NCBI GenBank assembly: GCA_047495785.1
Contig: JBLDXI010000021.1
Coordinates: 1,984,001-2,048,000 of the forward strand
Length of the DNA stretch: 64,000 nt
Direction of reading: 5' to 3'
DNA from: Lepidodermella squamata
Taxonomy: Eukaryota > Animalia > Gastrotricha
The position numbers and the translations under genes were made by a program. Positions 36,757 to 51,083 of this stretch are shown one piece after another (positions within the stretch are counted from its first letter, which is position 1; each line of letters opens with the position of its first letter). The notes under the pieces are model-generated. The model was given only the letters and a program-made list of their open reading frames with translations, was not told the origin of the DNA and did no database searches.

Positions 36757-39700
36757 TTAAAAGTCAACAGTTTCTGAAATGGTGAATATGTCGTTGCTGC
36801 TGGACGTTTTATGCCCGCGCCTGTGCGGTAGATCGTGATGTAGAGCATCTCTGAACGAGTTCTTGTTTCTGCGCCGGCGTGACATGCGCATGTATTCGTT
36901 TTCTATATGACTTCGACGAGACGAAGCAGAATCGATGTTGCCCAGCTCTGAAACTAGTGGTACAGAATGACTTCGTCCGATCGCAAAATACTTGCGTTCT
37001 AAAGCAATAATATTGTATGTGGAAATGGTAAAAATTGTTGAATGAACAAACTTGCTTCTGCGGCACGAGGCTCATCCAACTTTGGCGACAGAGTTACCGA
37101 AGAGGAAGCTGAAAGATGTTGTATATAATCGGGAATTTTCATGCTGTTGAAGCGCAGAATTTCGAGCAGTTCGAATTTGAACGAGGAAATGTCCTGTTTT
37201 ATTTCTACCAAATCGTCTTCAGTCACACCAGCAAATGCAAGATTCTGCTGTCGCTTGATCAAATATCGCTTGGCCAGTTCCCGTACTACCTGCTGATACC
37301 TGAATGTCCGGTCTTGGGTGCGAAGAGCGATTTCCTGAAATTAGCGAAATTAAGTATCGATTATTCGGTGCTATGTTCCTGAAGCAATTTTCGCACTTCA
37401 ATAAATAGATCGTCATCCTTCTCTACGAAGACATTTTCTGTTGTAACCGTGCCAACTTTTCGGTCGCGCTGCATCACGGCGAGGAAGCGGCAGAAATCCG
37501 ATACGCTTCTGTACAGAGTTCGAAAACCTGAGACAGATGGTATCAGGTTGAACGGAACTGGAAGTTCATATCCATCCTCAAAGTAGCACAGCCAAAGTTT
37601 AGCTAGAGCGAATTTCCACTCAACATCAGCGTGGCGCTGAATTTTCTTGTACGAATCACTCATCATAGCGATCAAAGCATTGACTGAGATAGAGGTAATA
37701 CAGGGGAAATTCTATCCAGTAACATTTTCTAAGCCAAATAAAACTCACCCAAAACAATCATGCCCATGAAAGTATAAGTTCCAAACATTAGCTTTCCTAC
37801 GAAAGCCGTCAACGTGTGGTTTCCCATCATGTCAAGGTCCTTCAGTTCTATCAAGCTGAATAATCCCCAATATAGCGATTGTAGAATTTCGAAAATCCTA
37901 CGCGAAACATTCAATTTTGAGATATTCAATACGTTGCTTTTTCAAACCCTCCGAAACCATTATTATCGGGCAATCGATCAGCTGTTACATTGTAACCAAC
38001 GCTGTTAAGGTTTGACAGTTCAGAATCCGTCGGGCATTCTAGAGGAGCAGCAGTTCGATTGTTTGCGTAAAACCAATAAATTTGACTGAGTCCACAGGTG
38101 AATGCCAACATCAGCACTGAATAAACAACGCCGAATTTTGCTATGTCGATTAGCATGCGGCCAAAAGCTATTTGCAGAGGACCAATATGAGACGAAACCG
38201 TAAAGATGGAAATCAACTGGAGGCAGGCGAACACGCTGGCAACTGCAAATATGCACTCTCCAACCAAATTAGGATCGGTGCCAGACCAGAGTGGACGAGG
38301 GAGAGCCGAATAGGCATTATTTTCACAACGCTTTGTAAAACAATCATTTGATAATTCAAAAAACGAAGCTTAAATTCTAAAATTACGGTGGCCATAACAA
38401 TTGCACGAAGGAAAATCGCACAAACGAACAGATTATTGTAGACGAACTTGAGAAGATTCCACCTGTTCCCTAAATAGTCTTGGAGGCTGTAATGCATCAA
38501 TGCTACCAAGGGAGAATTGTTATTAAAAATTTTCGCGACATTGACAAGATCTTACCTTTTGCTTCCATCCACACGTTGCCGATAACGAAAAAGCAAACGA
38601 CCAGCTCTGTCGCTGTCGGATATGGTCCCCTATTGACTTGACTGTCATCGACTGAAAATGTTTTAATGTCAAATCTCTGCGACGCCAGCATGAGCATAAC
38701 TGAAAAGAAGGAAATATGTTGATAGGATCAAGTCATCATGCAACAGCTTTCATACGAAGGAAAAACATAAAAGATGCCGAATGGCAGACGAATTTTATGA
38801 ATGGCTGTCGTATCAATCTGCCCAGCTTGCTATGCGGAGCCAGAATATTAGCAAAGCACAGAAATGGCGATATTAATCCTTCAGAAATAAATTTGATAAA
38901 AAATTATTTGCGTTGCCATCAATTAATACCGATTGTAGTCAGAACGGCAAATTGAGCCCCTAGCGGCATTTGGCGAAAGCCGGGAATTGCCGAGTACCAT
39001 ATCGACGACAGAAACTGCTGGCAACTTGGATGGGCTATGAACTGACGAGAAAAAAACAAAATCAGGTACCAGAATTTTAAAGCAAGAATATACCTGTTTC
39101 TGTTTGTACTTGATGGCTAGTTTCAACCTAGCAAGATTGTAAATTTCGTGTTGATTTCCGCAATCTTCATCGCTGATGGTGGCGTTCGAAGAATTCCGCC
39201 GCCAAATGACAGATCGTTGGCGTTCTTCGAAATATCGAAGCTCAGGATCGTAATTTAAGACAGTCAACAATTCGCCGGAATCTCGCACCTGGTCGAGCAA
39301 ATCGACGGCGAACTGGCGGCATTGCGCCGCAAGTCGGTTGTAGTCACCTTGAAATTCAACTTCCAATCTTGCCAGTTGCGTTAGCTGCGTGGATAGCTCA
39401 AAAGTTGTTAGCAAAGGATCCCGGCTCGTTAAACATATCAATGAAGGACTCGAGAGAGCGCTGTAGGTATTTAGCCTTGAAATATTGGAATATTATAAAT
39501 ATTTGAGAGGTTGAACTGCATGGAAAAACTGGTGAAATCCAATGAGTCATCATAATATTTTACCGGGATCGTGAATGGCCAAGGCTGTTAAAGTTGAACC
39601 CCCTCGCCCCACACTGCTGGCATTTGCACCTGACATCATGAGGATGCGGAATTGAGAAGCCACCATCCAGAAGTAGATGAATAATGGCGTAATTGTCCTT

Positions 39701-40452
39701 AATTGCAGCCAGTATAATAGGTGTCATGTCTACGAATTATCGAGAAAAAAAAATACTAAGTTATTTGTATGCAATTGAGTTACAAAGACTAACCCGGTGT
39801 AAAAGAGGTTGACGGCAATTCCCCAAATATGCCAAGAAGATCTTTCTTTTTGCTGGCGTGATTCAATAGCAAGACAACAGAACCGATGCTGTCGTTCTGA
39901 ATAGCGTGTAGCAAAGCATCTCCAACATCAATTTGATCATATTCTGCTCCAAGCGGTGAACATATGCCTTATAGCCATGTTAAATAATTTTACACTCACG
40001 TAACAGCAGTTCGACCAATTCCAAATTTTCGTTTTCGATCGCTATTCTTAACGAAGATCTTCCTAGATCATCGGAGCAATTGATGTTTAACCCAGTCATC
40101 TCAGAGTCGCTGCCGTACAAATTGCGATTGTTGCAGCGGTCTGCTGCGTCGTTTTCCAGCATTTTTCGAACGGTTGGTAAGTCGCCCCTGCTCACCGCAG
40201 TTAAAAATTGGCGATCTTTTGGGCCCAAGTGAGTGTGTGTTGAAAATGGAGCGCTCTGTGCGAAATAAGCAAACGTCGGCCATTATGGAATAATGAAAAG
40301 CATGATGCGTGGTGCCCTACCTCAACGCTGTCCTTGCGAACGTAGCCCAGCCGCTCGATCAGGCTGGCCGGTGGTTGTAAAATACCACTGCGTCTCTTTG
40401 ATTTCAGCATTTTTGGCAAAAACACATCGTTTATTATCTCTGTGGTTGTCAT
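36757..40452 (-). CDS. TRPC-family transient receptor potential cation channel, multi-exon
   Basis: Ankyrin repeats ([22 protein letters not shown]), TRP_2 region ([10 protein letters not shown]), [19 protein letters not shown], pore [22 protein letters not shown] box [20 protein letters not shown]. Confidence 0.95.
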
Positions 40453-42381
40453 TGTTGGAAACGTTCGTAGCGTTGGGTCCTCACCGCGAAAAATGCTGAG
40501 CGTAACCTCTCGATAAGTGCTTTAGGCGTGATAAATTGCATGCAGTGAAGGCTATTTATACCGGTAATGCTTAAAATCTGAGCGTCAAGTTAAAATTGAA
40601 GGACCGCCTGTCAAAATATCGATTCATAATTATCGGCTGCATCTCTCAGCGTCTAATTTGATTCTTTATGCCGAAATGCTCATGGAAATGCTATGAAATC
40701 AGCCATGATTCGCCCAGGTGATGATGAAATTATTTCGTAATAAGAGACGACAGGAAACATATATCAATATTTTAAGGTAGCATAAATGCAGCAATTATTC
40801 TAAAACGTGGCTTCCACGAAAATTTGCAAATTTGGCATTCATACGTATCCATTTGTTGGAAAACGGCGTAAAAAAAAATTGCATTGTCAGTATACTCTGC
40901 TGAAAGCCTTTGCCTCTCTGGCTTTGTTGGTCGGTGTCTATAAACTGTAGTCACTGGCTATAGTTCAATAAAAAGCTTCTGGATAACTTGTAAATCGTTT
41001 ATTCAGCAGGGTATAAATCTCGTGACAAGTACTTGAACGTAATAACATGACGATACACACTTCCATGATTCCCTTCATTCTGGAAATTCGTTAATAAACG
41101 TTTGCCCATACCGGCACGAAGATCGGTGAACAAAGGGGTTAAATCATGATCACCCATGTTCACCACCAGCGACCAGCAAACTTTCGACCGTTGTTCGACT
41201 CAAAATTTCCGTAGCCAAGAAATAGCGTAGGCTGTGCCACGTGAAAATTCGGTCAAGGTAAATCTTACCATGGTCGCAAAGATGTACAATCTTCTAGTAC
41301 GATCATGGATTTTTATTTTTCTTCCGGTGATAAAAGCGAATTCTCGGCTGTGCGACGGTATTCTTTTCTTCGCTAAAGCGTATCGCCAGTCGCCAGATAT
41401 GTAACGGGAAATTCCATTAAAACGTGGACGAAAATGCCGTCGTAAATTTAAGAGTGTTGTGAACTATGGTTGAATGATGTTGAGAAAAGCACAGCCATAA
41501 GCCAATTTTCAGCTGATTTACGGCATTGACGATTGGCGATGAAAATCATGACTGCAATCGGTTGGATTCCGAGCCGAACTGCAATATCCTCTTACATATT
41601 ATTTTAAAAGGAAACAGCCAATTAGAAGCCCTATTAGAAGTAACCTGGCAAGTCGAGGAGGTGCAGAAATTTCCATCCGTACTACAATTGAGTATGCGTA
41701 CTCGTGTGCGTAGCCCGTAACTAATGGCGCGTTTGAAAGTGGCGTTCCGCAATGACCTTCTAACACAAAACACTTAAGAATAATTAAAAATTTGTCAATT
41801 TTTGTTTTTATTGTGATATAATCATATTTCAATATCATTTTATTGCAATTAAACGACAAGGTCAGTCTTTGGCGGGAACATCCAAAATCGATCATCGATT
41901 GACGGAAAAAGCAGGTGGGAGTGACGATCTATTCCTAGGGCCTATTGTAGGCAACTCACTTTTTATGTAAGGACTCTGGCCAGTGTAATAGATGCGCAAC
42001 TGCGTATCACCTCGCTGTTAGAAACAGCAAAAGAGCTGTTTTACTCATTGAAGATCATAAAGAAGATGTCCCTGTAAAGTAATAAACACGCGCAGTTCTG
42101 ATCGAAAATGCCATGAATTTTTACATTCTGCATAAAATTCCTTGGTTTCTAGCTTCCAGTTATCCTTTGTTATGTTTAAAAACTCTAAAAAATTATGACC
42201 GTTTTTCAGTTCATTTTCGCTCAACAGTTAAATTACTTTAGGAATACAGCTTGTTGCTTGTTTGACATTGACGCCTAGAGCTTGGATTTCAGCTTTCTAT
42301 CTCATTAATCCTACTAATAAGTCATGTAATGCCTAATGACGCGGTATTTTTACCATCAGCATAGCATTTTTGCACATTACG

Positions 42382-44381
42382 ATGAAGGAGGTTAGCTTCG
42401 AAACCATTCTAGCTCCGATCAAAGCCATCGATGCTTTGTTCGAATCACGTATGCCTCAGATAAACTGTGGATGCTTTGATAATCTCGTATATTGATAGAA
42501 CCAAATGTCGCTGTGTCTTCTCAAGCAGTCATTGATCATATTCGGAGCCAAACTGATGGTTATTGCGCAGTGAGTAATTAGTTGTGACTTCAAGTGTTGA
42601 TCTAACACTTGGACATTTTACAGATCCCATGGCTTATTCCTGACGCCATTTCGCTTGCCCAGCATCATCAACTTGTTCGCATCCGAGGAATGGTTCAAGA
42701 TATGCCTGGTATGATTTTAATATCTGAATAAGTTGAGTTTGAGTCGAGATGTCCTGAAGGAACGGAGCCCTACGCTGAGCGTTACAAAGTGGCGAAGGAT
42801 AACACAACTGTCTGGCGCTACGGTCGTTACAGGGATAAAGTTGAGATCGGCGATGAATCTCCGAATGTGGTTGATTCAGCTATCGACGACAGCCATACAG
42901 TTCTTAATGACCGTCATGTTATCGTAGTCAATTACTTTTCCCCAAGTCAATCTGAATTTTTGAAATCGGAAACAACTCAATATGCAATGCGTCAGTGGAG
43001 TCGTCTCAAAGACTCTATGGATAGCAGCAGTAGCGAAACTCCCAAGAAATTCGGATCCGTTGTTGTCAAGTGCTATGACGATTTCTCGCCCAAGTTGAAT
43101 GATGTTTGTGACTTCATCGGAATTTTGAGCCTGGAAACTTTCGAACCTCCCAGCCAAAGTCCTGCCCCACATTCACTAGAATTTGATCTTCCCTGGTATT
43201 ACCGCGAAGCTATGCCGATTCTTCATGTCATCAGCGCTGAAAAAATCACTAAGCAATGCGATGTATTGCGTCCGTTCGTAATTTCTGGCAAGCCATTTAT
43301 TTCATTGCAAAATTCCATTACAATTTATGCGTGATTACAGATAATGTTCCGATGAAACTGAACGCCGAAATCCGCGAGAAGTTGATCAGCGCGCTGACAT
43401 CCATCCTTTCTGGTGATCGCATGACATCCGAGTTGCTACTTTGTCACCTTATATCTTCGATTTACGGCCGTAGTGGAGCTATGGCGTTGGGAAACCTTTC
43501 GCTAAACATTTGCGGGGTTCCTCCTAGCTCTGAAACTTACCAGTCACCCGTGGACAAGGCCGCTGAGTTGTTTCAAAAGATTCTGGCTCATGTAACTTAA
43601 TCAGTTATTCTTTTTCAAATTCACGTCAAGAATTTAAACAGGTTGAATTGCTGCGTGTTTCCATCGCCGAGCTGAATAAAACCTCATCGGATAGCGGATT
43701 GGAAATGCTACCCAAGTTCATTCCGACTGAAACTCGTCTGAAGCAGGGACGTCTGCAGCTGCCCCGCGGAGCACAGCTCTTGATTGACGAAACAGCCCTA
43801 GAATCTGGCAAGCTGGATGAAAATGGTGATTTTCTGGTTTAAAACTTGGCCACGAATGTGTAACAATATTTTGTTCAGGTATAAAAGTGCTCACTGCTTT
43901 GGGTGAAATCGCTCAATTCCAGAGAATGTACTACGACTTCGTTTATTATCAGAAGGAATTTGACGCCGAGTACAACGTTCTAGTCTTTTCAGACTACAAA
44001 GCTTTGGTCAAGTGTTTAATCACAATTCCACTGGTTGCTTCGAATCAGCCGCCAGTTGAGCCCGTTTTTCAGCCTGTCGATTTCTACCAAATGGCGGTTT
44101 ATTTAGCTGCTGCTCGCGACGCAGTTAATGATTTCGAACTATCTCCGGCCATGCAGGAGACCATTGCTAACGATTTTGCTAACATTCGCAAAGAGATGGG
44201 CACCGATGGATTTACCGCCGATGACTTGAGCACAATGATTGTTCTCGCTCGCTGGTTGACGATTTCGATGGGTAAACGCGAACTTACGGAAGATATCTGG
44301 TCGAAAGCGAAAGATCTCGAGCGTGAACGTCGCGAACGTCTTGGCAAGTTTTCGAAGCGCCCAACCGAGCGTGCCAACTGA
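42382..44381 (+). CDS. MCMBP: Mini-chromosome maintenance complex-binding protein, 7 exons
   Basis: LVRIRGMVQDM, GRYRD, VVKCYD..PKLNDVCDFIGIL, GDRMTSELLLCHLISSIYGR, RLKQGRLQL..LLIDETALESGKL, YDFVYY. Confidence 0.92.
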
Positions 44382-44507
44382 ACCCAGTGAAAACTATTTT
44401 CTGATCTAGTGACTTTTTTCGCCATAGAATCTCTTTTGATGCCTATCATTGCATGCTCAACAAGTTCAAACATAAAGCCGTAACTATGATTTTATAGATT
44501 TTTAACA

Positions 44508-46418
44508 ATGGCTCGTAGTTTGCCGTCAGCTTTCGAGCTGCGTCTCCGTGGTTCTGTCGAGTACATCCAGCAGCATGAAGATCCTATCGTGCAAACAATG
44601 GCGCTGAGTATTTTGCCTCAAGATCGGCTCGAGCGTGAAGCTCTGGCCGTGACTGATTGGCCTTACGATAACGAAATAAGAATTCTAGCCCCGCTGGTTC
44701 ACTGGTTTAAAAACGAGTTCTTCAAATGGATGGACCAGCCCGACTGCTCGGACTGCAAAGCACCAACCACCGTACCATACCAGCCGCCTGATGATGAAAT
44801 CAATAGATCTGGAGATCGGGTCGAGTTTTACCGATGCAGCGTCTGCCGGCGGTTAGAACGTTTCACTCGTTACAATAGCCCTGCGATTTTGTTAGAAACT
44901 CGGCAGGGCCGTTGTGGCGAGTGGGCTAATTGTTTCTACCTGCTTCTGCGCGCCCTTGGACTGACGGCTCGTTACGTTGTTGATTGGACAGACCACGTAT
45001 GGACGGAAGTATACTCGAAATCGACGCGGCAATGGCTGCACGTCGATCCGTGTGAGGCGGCTATTGACAAGCCGCTGATTTACGAAGCTGGCTGGGGTAA
45101 GAAGTTGAGCTACGTCATCGCATTCAGCAACCAAGAAGTCGTTGATGTCACATGGCGGTATGTGCGAAACCGGAAAGAAGTTGCAACTAGACGCCGGGAA
45201 GTTTCCGAAAAAAATCTTGTCGAGATTTTGAAAAGCATCAACCGCCAGATGCAAGATCAAATGACAGTTGAAGAGAGGAATCAGCTTGCGCTTCGTCGCA
45301 TGTGGGAAATCGCTGATATGTTGAAGCCGCGAAAGGTCAATCAAGCGGAAAATGTGGGTCGGCAGTCGGGCAGTGCTCAATGGCGAGTTTCTCGCGGTGA
45401 GGCGAAGTCCTCTGAATGTTCGTCCGCCTCAAGATCAGGCGTCAGTATCAAACCGTCTGCGGATGAGTTGAAGCAAGGCCGGTTATCACTGACATACAGT
45501 TGTGCGTTGGATAAATACGAACGCGGCGATGGAACTTCTCATGGCGGGTGGCAGTCTCTTGTTTCGAAATCGTCGAATGTCTTCAGGAAGGTTTGTAATT
45601 CCCACTTATAACTTTCAGTATGTAAAACGCTACTATTGGGTTGAGTTTTTAATTTTTCATAATTAACCGTTTGAAGTGCAATTCCCAACCACCATGTCCA
45701 CGATTTCACCAGAGAAATTTGAAAATAGCTGAAAAATTCAGAAAAAACCCGATCGGTAATTATCGGTATTTTACCCACATTTCTCGGAATTTTTTTATTC
45801 TTGTTATCAAGCTAATTACGATTTGTATGGCCATGAGATGGGACATCGCCTCTCGTTTTAGGCTTTCTGATTTTCTTTCTCTTGTATTTTCTTTGTTTGC
45901 GTTACTTATAAAATAAACTTGTATATTTATATTGTTTTTCAAGGTGGAGCGTGATTGGAAAATGGCGTACATTTGCCGAGAGGAAGGGAGTGCGGAGTCT
46001 ACAGTCGGTGAAATCTCATGGTTTATTGATCTTCGAGGTATGATTTGCATCTGTTTTAATTTATTAATTTCAAATTTATTTCGCTAAAGATTGCCCTGCC
46101 GGTGTCGAAATTAAATCAGCCGATATTTCGGCTTTGATAAGTGAAACATTCGCTGTCGGCGCTGTCATGAAACTTCGAATTAGCTCGTCAAATGACTCAT
46201 CCAGCTCAACCATTTTCGAATCAAATCTACCCGCGAGCAGGGTAACCCTTCGAAAAGGCGAGCATTTTAAGGAAAATCTACGAACGTTGGTTGTAAGCGT
46301 GACGATGACCGGTGGTAGTGGCCAGCTGGCGTGGCAGCACGCTCAACTTTTCCGCCAATCGATTATTACCGATCGCCAGAACCCGGCTTTCCAGCTCAAT
46401 TTAGAGCTAGGCAATTGA
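44508..46418 (+). CDS. NGLY1: Peptide:N-glycanase (transglutaminase core + PAW domain); exons 44508-45590, 45944-46037, ~46090-46418
   Basis: WFKNEFFKW, two CxxC pairs, catalytic GRCGEWANCF, DHVWTEVY and HVDPCE, YEAGWGKKLSY; PAW motifs FRKVERDWKMAYI and AWQHAQLFRQ. Confidence 0.96.
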
Positions 46419-47446
46419 TGCAATGCTTTATGACTGGCTAAAATATTTTATGTGTTCACTGCGTTATATATAATATAAAGCGATATAATATTCTATGAAT
46501 TTGCTGACGAATTTTGTGATTGAATAAAAACAAGCTGTGCGCGCGTTTTTCAACACGTCTGAATTAAGGTGGATATTGATTTTCAATTCGAGGCGGCTTG
46601 TTATAATGACATTTAGACCCTTGACTGAATGAGTCGTTCGCATGAGATTTGCGAGTGGCGGCAGACCGGTTGACTCGGCGCTGCATCAACATCACTTGAA
46701 GGACGAGACACACACACACAGTGTAAAAGTCAATGCAACGGAAGTACTAGTTGCGGCGTCTTACTGTGTGCCTGGCATGCGCTCAGCTGCCATCGCAAAA
46801 AGCTGCGCGTAAACTGAAATCGACGAAACAGCCATAAAACCGCGCATACGTGAATACACGCGGCGCAAAACAAGGGCGCCACAGTTTAAATGAATGCGCC
46901 TTCTGTGTTTGTGTGTGTGCGTGTGTGCCGCTGTAAAAAGTGCGCGCACTGCGAGTGACAAGCTCACGCGAAATCGATAAAATCGACCAGACCAGCGCAG
47001 CTCGGCGAGCAGAAGGGACCTTTCATGCAATATTTTTATAGGAGGAAACCACAATCATGCGTACTACAAATATATTTATACACAAAATCTATATAGAAAA
47101 ATATATGGGAAGATTTCTGCTGTTGATGCTGCCCACATTGTGCATGTAAAAGCTTTATTACGTTATTTGTCTGTTTCGACGCTGCGCCTAGTATATTCGA
47201 ATGCAATTTACTCACAACCACATCATCATCATCATTATTATTATTACTATCATTATACACATATCCCGAAATGAAACATCAATGTAAAAGCAGCAGCAAC
47301 AATCGCTACTTTTGGCATCGCATTGTTGAGCCGCATCCTGCGAAAACGGCTATAGCTCGAACACAAATTTCTTTCATTTTCAAGCCTCGATAAACCTGAT
47401 ATTTTCAATATAGATTTAGGTATTTATTAGACAATTATCCGGTATC

Positions 47447-48025
47447 ATGCAAAATTATTCGTCACTATTAGCCGCTATATCAGTTTTCAGCCTTATTTTC
47501 CTTACCGAAATGACCAAATCAGGTGAGTAAAATCAGTTTACTCGGAAAATTATATGCTGATTGCAATTGTTTATTCCTCAAGTTTCGTCGATTAGTTGTT
47601 ATGTTTGTACCTCGATCAACGGCACAAATCCGGCTTGCGAAGACACCTTCATGGCAAATAATGAATATTTGAAGGAGAATTGTAAAAATCGACGCCATAG
47701 AAGAACAGGCACGTTTCCGTCGCAGTACTGCATAAAATTCGAGGCCGAGGACATGGAGTATGAAAATTACACCGTCATGGTTCGCGACTGCGCCGTCGAT
47801 GACGGGGGTGTAAATGTCGATACCGAAATCGGACGGATCAGCCACTGCGGCTGGGTTCAGCACGTGTATTACAATGGTCGCTACATGCGCGGATGTGTTT
47901 CAGCATGCCGATACGATGGTTGCAATCGTGCTCAGACACTAAGGCCGTCAGCGGTCGTGCTTCCTATTGCAACCTTAATTCTTGCCGTTGTGCCCAACAT
48001 CGCTAGTGTCACCTTTTCCAGTTAG
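47447..48025 (+). CDS. Ly6/quiver-like three-finger GPI-type protein; exons 47447-47522, 47583-48025
   Basis: Signal exon, phase-1 intron, ISCYVCTS...GCVSACRYDGCN, hydrophobic tail. Confidence 0.88.
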
Positions 48026-48199
48026 CCTTCTCCGAGTGGTTGTTTCGGCCTCTCAAGATCTCATTTTGTTATTAAATGTCTAAGAAAAACGTCACGCTGA
48101 TTTGTGCGATAAATTACTGATAGAAATTCAACGCCTTGGTCTATTGGCAATACCGGAAATTTTCATGATTAATATTGTGGCCTTGGAACCTACACCATG

Positions 48200-49060
48200 T
48201 TGCCTATATAAAAGCTATAAATGCCTAGCATGCCACAGTGGGAAAATTGAGGCTGGTGGCCAATAATTGGTATTTTCTCAATTGGTAAGAAAGGTTATCG
48301 AAAGGTTACCTATCGATGCCAAGATATTCAGTATGACGCTAAGATCCATCTTTGTATGGTTGGAAACTATTTCTGCAGATAGCATTGTAAATTTTAAATA
48401 TTTTGATTTTATGTCCTCAACGAATTTTAATCATTGTGCTTTTGCCTGGCTGTGTGAAGTCAGATTGTTCGAAAGATGGATAGTGCGCTGCCTGTACGAG
48501 GGTGCAAAATTCTCTCAATTTTATACCAAAAGAGAAAAATGAAATGGAATGAATAAACGGAAAGTTTTCAGCTATTACAGCTTTGTTTCATAGCAGATTA
48601 GAACTTCAAGTTTCCTGAAAGTATCAATGTGCAGCTGGATGTGAATCCTGCTTTGCTTTCCCGATTCGATTTTTTTCAAGAGCAAGAACTACTGAGTTTG
48701 TTAAAGGTGAACCCATTTTTAAGGTATCCAGAGATGAAAGGGTATTTTCTCGAAAATCATATTAGGAGGAAAGTCAATTTGAATAAGTCTGATCGGATAA
48801 GTTGAAGTGTGAACATTAAATTCAGTAACATACGTATAGGTAATGTTTGTCAATAGAATTGATAAATCGATATCATGAACCCCGTGAAAACGCCTCGCAT
48901 CCGCGGTTAATACCTCATAACTGGAAATCTTAATGAAGGTTTGAATGATGAGAAACGATTCAGCACGTTTATTATCGAACCTTTGCAAGGCTTGTGGAAT
49001 GTTCGCGACAGAAGACGTGTTCAAAGAATGTGAGCTTTAAATGCCTCGATGCATCGGGTC
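48200..49060 (-). pseudogene. Possible decayed intronless receptor-like coding remnant
   Basis: Protein-like 101-aa ORF 48719-49024 plus a downstream stop-broken frame ending in a hydrophobic segment (MDLSVILNILASIGNLSITFLTN). No motif recognised. Confidence 0.2.
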
Positions 49061-51083
49061 CAAAAACCTATCCAGAAAACATGCTGAATATCTAAAACGA
49101 TTCGAATAATCTGAACGCTAATGCGTCCTCCGTTTCACGATGCTCCCTGTAGGTATATGCTGAGGAGAAAAATGAAATACAATAAGCTAATTTCTTCCTC
49201 CCTCGGCAGCAGCAAAGATAGAGAAGAAGCCGGCGCCGCAACATGAGAAGGTAGAATTTCAGAAGTATTGAAGATGCGCGCACAAAATTAATATTATTAA
49301 TGTTATTAGGTGTTGAAATGTTCCTCAGCGCATAATATCTATGGCTAGGGGATGCAATCCTAAATTTCATGCGACGTGCTACGCTCATTGGCTTCCTATA
49401 TACCGCTAGAAAGGAGTTTCCTAAACGCCTTCCTTCAGCAAATTCTCAGCGATTATAGTTTCTCGTATCTATAGCACACCCCATCCTTGTAATGTGTCGC
49501 CGCTGAATATTATACTAGATTTTTTATTGCTACCGCTTATAATATACCGATTATAATTACAATCGGGTCACGAGCGATGTGTTCCAAAATGTATCTCATA
49601 GGCAAATAGGAAAGAAAAAGGCAATAAAAGATTTTCAGCTTTGAAAGCGACTTGCGTTTAACATTGGTGGCAGCGTAATTCGTGGCTACCCTCCAAGTTT
49701 ACAATCCTCAACTACTAGTAAAATTTTACAATTTTAATGTGGAAATGGCGAAGTATATCGTGCATAAAATATGGCTTGTATTGTGGCGCGAATTTCGCAG
49801 CTCTGAGAAGTTTTAAAGCGTCTGGTCTGATTTATTGTTCCCATGCACAATTTGCTCGAAATTAAGGGCGAGGCGAAAAACGGCAACAACTAATAATGAA
49901 TATGTTCTTATGCTCCGTATAATTATTCCTAAAACAATTCTATGAGCTGGTGCAGCAAAAGCGCCATCGCGCTTGGTTTTATTCTCGCGAGCGCGCAAGG
50001 GACTCGACAACTTGTTTGGCGCGCATTGACACTTGCGGCGACAAGAGCTGTAAAAGATTATGAATTTCCGAGCGGGCGCAAGAGCACATGGCTAATATTC
50101 TTCATTAGAGCCTTATTTTCATACAAGCTTACAAAAGCTCATTCAAGACTGATTTGCATGTAGCAGGAAATTATTACATCGAATATCGGGCTCTAAAGTG
50201 CCAATAATGTTACGATATAACCGCGTCTGTGAGAAACATGCAAAATGCACGAACATAATTTTTTCGGATCAATATTATTGTTTTATGGTAAATTTCAATA
50301 TAATCGCTTCCTAGAGCTAAAGAATTTTCCGCGGTAAAAAAATTCGCACGATCGCATGACCCATGTATAGGCTTAGCGTATAAGGACTACGAGAACCTTC
50401 TATGCCTTTGCATCCCCTGCCTTCGACGATGTCCCTAATAACCATTGCGCGAGAATTCGACGATAAGTATTCAAATTTCGAAATGGCTCAATCTTAGCAG
50501 AAGCAAGGCGAGAAACTGTATATTAATGTTGGGCCACTTGATAACATAGGCCTCCCCCGACTTCTCAGGGAGTTCAGTCGTGTATTTTAACGCAGGGCGC
50601 ATGGTATGATAAATCAAGCGAAATCATGTACAGATTGCGCTCCAGCTATGGGCGATGTTAGGTTCTCGTGGCTCCGCAAAATTATACCACATCTAGCGAT
50701 GGATTATTAAATGCAAGAATAACATCATCATAATGGCTCTCGCAACGCCCGTAAAAAAGTGCGCTGATGAATGCGCGCGAAGATGCACGGTGTAGCGCGG
50801 CAGCTGGCTTCGAATGTAAGTAAATAATAATAGAAAACAGAACTGATGCTTATCAAGAAGATTTATAAGGCATATTCTCGATTTTGCGATTCTCAAAGCG
50901 CCGCGTAGCTCACAGGCGCCTTCCGCAACGCAAGTGCTATTCATTATTTGCCCACTGCTCATGGGTTACATTCCGGGAAGTAGTTTAAATCTGATGATTT
51001 CAGATTAATTCTTAACGTAATTTTAGAATATTTCATAAATAAAATATTAATAGAAATTGGTTTATCAGTTGCTACACCCAAAT

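Noticed and set aside
44508-44700. NGLY1 lacking an N-terminal PUB domain
   Set aside because: Accessory domain content of PNGases is known to vary among eukaryotes; not novel.
45591-45943. Palindromic patch in the long NGLY1 intron as a MITE
   Set aside because: No clear TIR pair or TSD could be defined.
46700-47260. (AC)n, (GT)n and (CAT)n/(TAT)n tracts, with similar ones near 7185, 20770 and 61875
   Set aside because: Ordinary short microsatellites.
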